Under the pieces are notes generated by a model, which was not told the DNA's origin, ran no database searches, and saw only the letters and a list, made by a program, of their open reading frames with translations. A stretch of 64,000 nt of DNA from positions 4,922 to 68,921 of the forward strand of contig JAJFKM010000012.1 in NCBI GenBank assembly GCA_021773215.1. The letters are read 5' to 3'. Positions 60,620 to 64,000 of this stretch are shown piece after piece. Every line of letters begins with the position of its first letter. Positions within the stretch are counted from its first letter, which is position 1. Made by a program: the position numbers and the translations under genes. Origin of the DNA: Gammaproteobacteria bacterium. GTDB lineage: Bacteria > Pseudomonadota > Gammaproteobacteria > Eutrophobiales > Eutrophobiaceae.

Positions 60620-61900
60620 ATGACACTCATTGCCTACGGAATTAACCACTCGACTGCACCGATTGAAGTTCGGGAAAAGGTCAGCTTTGGCAATGATATC
60701 GTCACCGATGCGCTGAATGAGCTGAAGCACCAAAACGGGGTACATGAAGCGGCTATCCTCTCCACCTGTAATCGAACTGAAATTTATTGCAGTGTTGACC
60801 AACAGAATAATCACAACCCGGTAGAGTGGCTGCACAATTTTCATGGAATGAAACAGGATCAGCTGCAGCCTTTTTTGTATAAACATCCGGATCAAAACGC
60901 GGTGCGTCATGTATTGCGGGTCGCTAGTGGTCTTGACTCCATGATATTGGGTGAGCCACAGGTTTTAGGTCAACTTAAAGACGCCTACCAACAAGCCATT
61001 AGTGCTGGCAGTATTGGTCATCAATTAAACCGACTGTTTCAACATTCGTTTCATGTTGCCAAAGAGGTTAGGAGCAATACTGCTATCGGAAACCATCCTG
61101 TTTCTGTGGCTTATGCCGCCGTGCGTCTGGCACAACAAATCTTTGGTGATTTAGAAGATCAAACCGCATTATTGATTGGTGCTGGCGAAACCATTGAACT
61201 CGCTGCAAAACATCTGCACGACAATGGCTTAAAACGCATGATTATAGCTAATCGTACATTAGAACGTTCACAACGCCTGGCAAGTGAATACTCTGGCTAC
61301 GCCATTCAGATTGGTGATATACCAACCCATCTGGCAGAAGCCGACATCGTCATCTCATCGACAGCGAGCCCTTTACCCATTCTTGGTAAAGGTGCAGTTG
61401 AAAGCGCGATAAAAATAAGAAAGCACAAACCTATGTTCATGGTTGATATCGCCGTACCGCGCGATATTGAAGTTGAAGTCGGCGATATGGACGATATTTA
61501 TTTATATAGCGTTGATGATCTAAAGGACATGGTCCAAGAAAATTTAAAGAATCGTCAAGATGCGGCCAAACAAGCAGAAAAAATTATTGATACTCAGGCT
61601 CAAGAATTTATGGATTGGCTGAGTTCACTTGATGCCGTTTCAACAATTCGGGCATTGCGTGGACAAGCTGAACAGATTCAGGAAGACGTTATTCAAAAAG
61701 GATTATCTAAGTTGCGCAATGGTGCTGATCCAGAGACTATCTTGTTGGAAACAGCACGTAATCTTACCAATAAATTAATCCATGTCCCTAGTTCAAAATT
61801 GAGAAACGCAAGCGCCCAAAACCGAGATGATTTACTTCAAGCTGCCGAAGAGTTATACAGTCTGAGAGAACACTCCAATCATAAAGACAAAAAACAGTAG
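60620..61900 (+). CDS. hemA: Glutamyl-tRNA reductase
   Basis: Active-site STCNRTE motif and the NADPH-binding GAGE region (LLIGAGETIE). Confidence 0.9.
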   Translation: MTLIAYGINHSTAPIEVREKVSFGNDIVTDALNELKHQNGVHEAAILSTCNRTEIYCSVDQQNNHNPVEWLHNFHGMKQDQLQPFLYKHPDQNAVRHVLRVASGLDSMILGEPQVLGQLKDAYQQAISAGSIGHQLNRLFQHSFHVAKEVRSNTAIGNHPVSVAYAAVRLAQQIFGDLEDQTALLIGAGETIELAAKHLHDNGLKRMIIANRTLERSQRLASEYSGYAIQIGDIPTHLAEADIVISSTASPLPILGKGAVESAIKIRKHKPMFMVDIAVPRDIEVEVGDMDDIYLYSVDDLKDMVQENLKNRQDAAKQAEKIIDTQAQEFMDWLSSLDAVSTIRALRGQAEQIQEDVIQKGLSKLRNGADPETILLETARNLTNKLIHVPSSKLRNASAQNRDDLLQAAEELYSLREHSNHKDKKQ

Positions 61901-61970
61901 CTATCGCGGCTACTGATAAGTTATTCGCCTATTCAGGCACGATCCCTAAATATTTTTATTAGAATAAACC

Positions 61971-63053
61971 ATGAAAGAATCATTACATTTAAAACTAGAA
62001 AAACTACTAGAACGGCAGGAAGATCTGGAAGGCTTGCTATCTGATCCCGATGTCATTAATAACCAGAATAAATTCCGTGAATTATCACAAGAGTATGCGG
62101 AGGTGCGCCCTATCGTCAGTTGTTTTAACAATTATCGAAAGACTGTTGAAGACATCGACAACGCGAAAGAGATGTTAAAAGATAGTGACCAGGAAATGCA
62201 GGAACTTGCAGTAGAAGAGCTTAAAGAAGCCGAAGCAACACATGAACGACTTGAAGCTGAGCTTCAAGTGTTGCTACTACCAAAAGATCCTGCCGATAAC
62301 AGTAACATATTTCTTGAAATACGCGCCGGCACCGGTGGCGAAGAAGCGGCATTGTTTGCTGGCGATTTAATGCGTATGTATTCACGTTATGCAGAATCAA
62401 GAGGTTGGAATATAGAACATATCAGCGCAACTGAGAGCGATCTGGAAGGTTATAAAGAAGTCATCATGCGTATAATCGGTGAAGGTGCTTATTCAAGATT
62501 AAAATTTGAATCCGGTGCGCATCGTGTACAACGTGTCCCTGAAACCGAATCACAAGGACGTATCCATACTTCAGCATGTACGGTTGCTGTTTTGCCTGAA
62601 GCGGATGAAGTTAGTGAAATAAACATCAACACTGCGGACCTACGTATTGATACCTTTCGTGCATCTGGTGCTGGCGGACAACACGTCAATAAAACTGATT
62701 CAGCAATTCGTATTACTCATATACCTACCAATACGGTTATTGAATGCCAAGATGAACGTTCACAACATAAAAACAAAGCACGCGCGATGTCCTTATTGCA
62801 AGCCAAGCTACTCACTAGCGAACGTGATAAACAACAAAGTGAAGAAGCTGAAAACAGGCGTAATCTGGTAGGCAGCGGCGACCGGTCCGAGCGTATTCGT
62901 ACCTATAACTTCCCGCAAGGCCGTGTTACGGATCATCGTATTAACTTAACACTATATAGCCTAGATGAATTCTTACAGGGCAATGTCGACATGGTCATTG
63001 ATCCCTTAATCAGTGAATATCAAGCCGATCTACTCGCATCGATTAATGACTAA
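61971..63053 (+). CDS. prfA: Peptide chain release factor 1
   Basis: PxT-type tripeptide region and the GGQ motif ([19 protein letters not shown]). Confidence 0.95.
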   Translation: MKESLHLKLEKLLERQEDLEGLLSDPDVINNQNKFRELSQEYAEVRPIVSCFNNYRKTVEDIDNAKEMLKDSDQEMQELAVEELKEAEATHERLEAELQVLLLPKDPADNSNIFLEIRAGTGGEEAALFAGDLMRMYSRYAESRGWNIEHISATESDLEGYKEVIMRIIGEGAYSRLKFESGAHRVQRVPETESQGRIHTSACTVAVLPEADEVSEININTADLRIDTFRASGAGGQHVNKTDSAIRITHIPTNTVIECQDERSQHKNKARAMSLLQAKLLTSERDKQQSEEAENRRNLVGSGDRSERIRTYNFPQGRVTDHRINLTLYSLDEFLQGNVDMVIDPLISEYQADLLASIND

Positions 63054-63074
63054 TTAACGATTGATTAAAATGCT

Positions 63075-63911
63075 ATGCAAATAGTTGATGCTATAAAACA
63101 TGCTCAAGAACAACTTCTAGAATCTGACAGTGCAAGACTAGATGCAGAGATTTTGCTCTGTACAGTTTTAAGATGTGAACGTACCCGCCTTTACACATAC
63201 CCTGAACAAAACTTGTCCAATAAAGAGATAAAATCATTCGATGAATTAGTTGGGTTTCGCGCAGAGGGTCATCCAATTGCGCATTTGATTCAGAAAAAAG
63301 AATTCTGGTCACTGGAACTGCAGGTGACCACTGATACACTTATTCCACGCCCCGAAACTGAATTACTTGTTGAGGCAACACTAAATTGTATACCCAATGA
63401 ATCTCCATATTCTGTTCTTGAATTAGGAACGGGTACGGGTGCGATTAGTATCGCAATTGCATACGAACGCCGATTGGCAAACATTACTGCAACTGACATT
63501 AAAGAAAGTGCGCTGCAAGTTGCTCAATTAAATGCTGAATCGCACCAGTTAAATAATATTACTTTTGAAAAGGCCAATTGGTTTGATATAAAAAACATCG
63601 GCTCATACGATTTAATCGTCAGCAACCCACCCTATATTAGTATTGATGATCCACATCTCCATCAAGGGGATGTTCGTTTCGAACCAGAATCAGCATTGGT
63701 ATCAGGAAAAGAAGGGTTAGATGATTTATACATTATTATTACTGGTGCAAAAAAATACCTTGATACAAATGGTTGGTTATTACTTGAGCATGGTTACCAA
63801 CAAGGAAAAGCGATAAGACGGTTACTTGAAGAGAATAATTTCAGTACTATTTCAACATTAAAAGACTATAGTAATTTAGATAGAGTCAGTATCGGACAAT
63901 GGATATCATGA
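63075..63911 (+). CDS. prmC: Release factor glutamine N5-methyltransferase PrmC (HemK)
   Basis: SAM-binding LELGTGTGAIS and the substrate motif NPPY (SNPPYI). Confidence 0.85.
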   Translation: MQIVDAIKHAQEQLLESDSARLDAEILLCTVLRCERTRLYTYPEQNLSNKEIKSFDELVGFRAEGHPIAHLIQKKEFWSLELQVTTDTLIPRPETELLVEATLNCIPNESPYSVLELGTGTGAISIAIAYERRLANITATDIKESALQVAQLNAESHQLNNITFEKANWFDIKNIGSYDLIVSNPPYISIDDPHLHQGDVRFEPESALVSGKEGLDDLYIIITGAKKYLDTNGWLLLEHGYQQGKAIRRLLEENNFSTISTLKDYSNLDRVSIGQWIS

Positions 63912-64000
63912 ACAAATCGAATTCGGATAAAAAAGAACTTGAACCTATAGTGCTTAGAGATAGATTTATATCTTCATTGAAATGTTATTGTGAAAAAAAT
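63908..64000 (+). CDS. 5' fragment of an unidentified ORF running off the window end
   Basis: ATG overlapping the prmC stop (ATGA); the frame stays open to position 64000. Only 31 codons are visible. Confidence 0.2.
   Translation, partial: MNKSNSDKKELEPIVLRDRFISSLKCYCEKN

Overview
Two strands read end to end. The window is mostly conserved core chromosome of an AT-rich gammaproteobacterium (roughly 40% GC by eye), with Pseudomonas-like gene order. Left to right: partial RND efflux operon (acrB-like permease, acrA-like adaptor, divergent tetR); lptG-lptF divergent from pepA-holC-(small ORF)-valS-cysE; a suf iron-sulfur assembly operon headed by iscR (iscR-sufA-sufBCDS-sufU-sufT plus a Rieske ferredoxin); ndk-rlmN-pilF-rodZ-hisS-yfgM-bamB-der; a likely accessory block (PPK2, a Tat-exported small subunit with a GMC flavoprotein dehydrogenase, and two tandem paralogous porin-like genes); bamC-dapA / gcvR-bcp; PIN-PhoH ATPase; PP2C phosphatase; perM; queG; an NfeD-SPFH-DUF4870 membrane trio; an alpha/beta hydrolase; rpe-gph-trpE-trpG-trpD-trpC; a secreted beta-propeller protein; ychF-pth-rplY-prs-tRNA-Gln-ispE-lolB-TPR protein; hemA-prfA-prmC. 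There are no CRISPR arrays, integrases, transposases or phage genes. The most notable signals are non-coding. (1) A ~124-bp interspersed repeat with CTAAAAAT/ATTTTTAG ends occurs three times, each just after the stop codon of a + strand gene. (2) A 28-bp inverted-repeat element with an AT-rich 83-bp core sits exactly between trpE and trpG, the site that is an integration hotspot in Pseudomonas. (3) REP-like palindromic elements of the type CCTGTCATTCCCGCG flank the PP2C gene. (4) A strong orphan minus-strand intrinsic terminator lies in the perM/queG divergent region, suggesting an unannotated small RNA. All coordinates and calls come from reading the sequence and six-frame ORFs by eye; no database searches were run.
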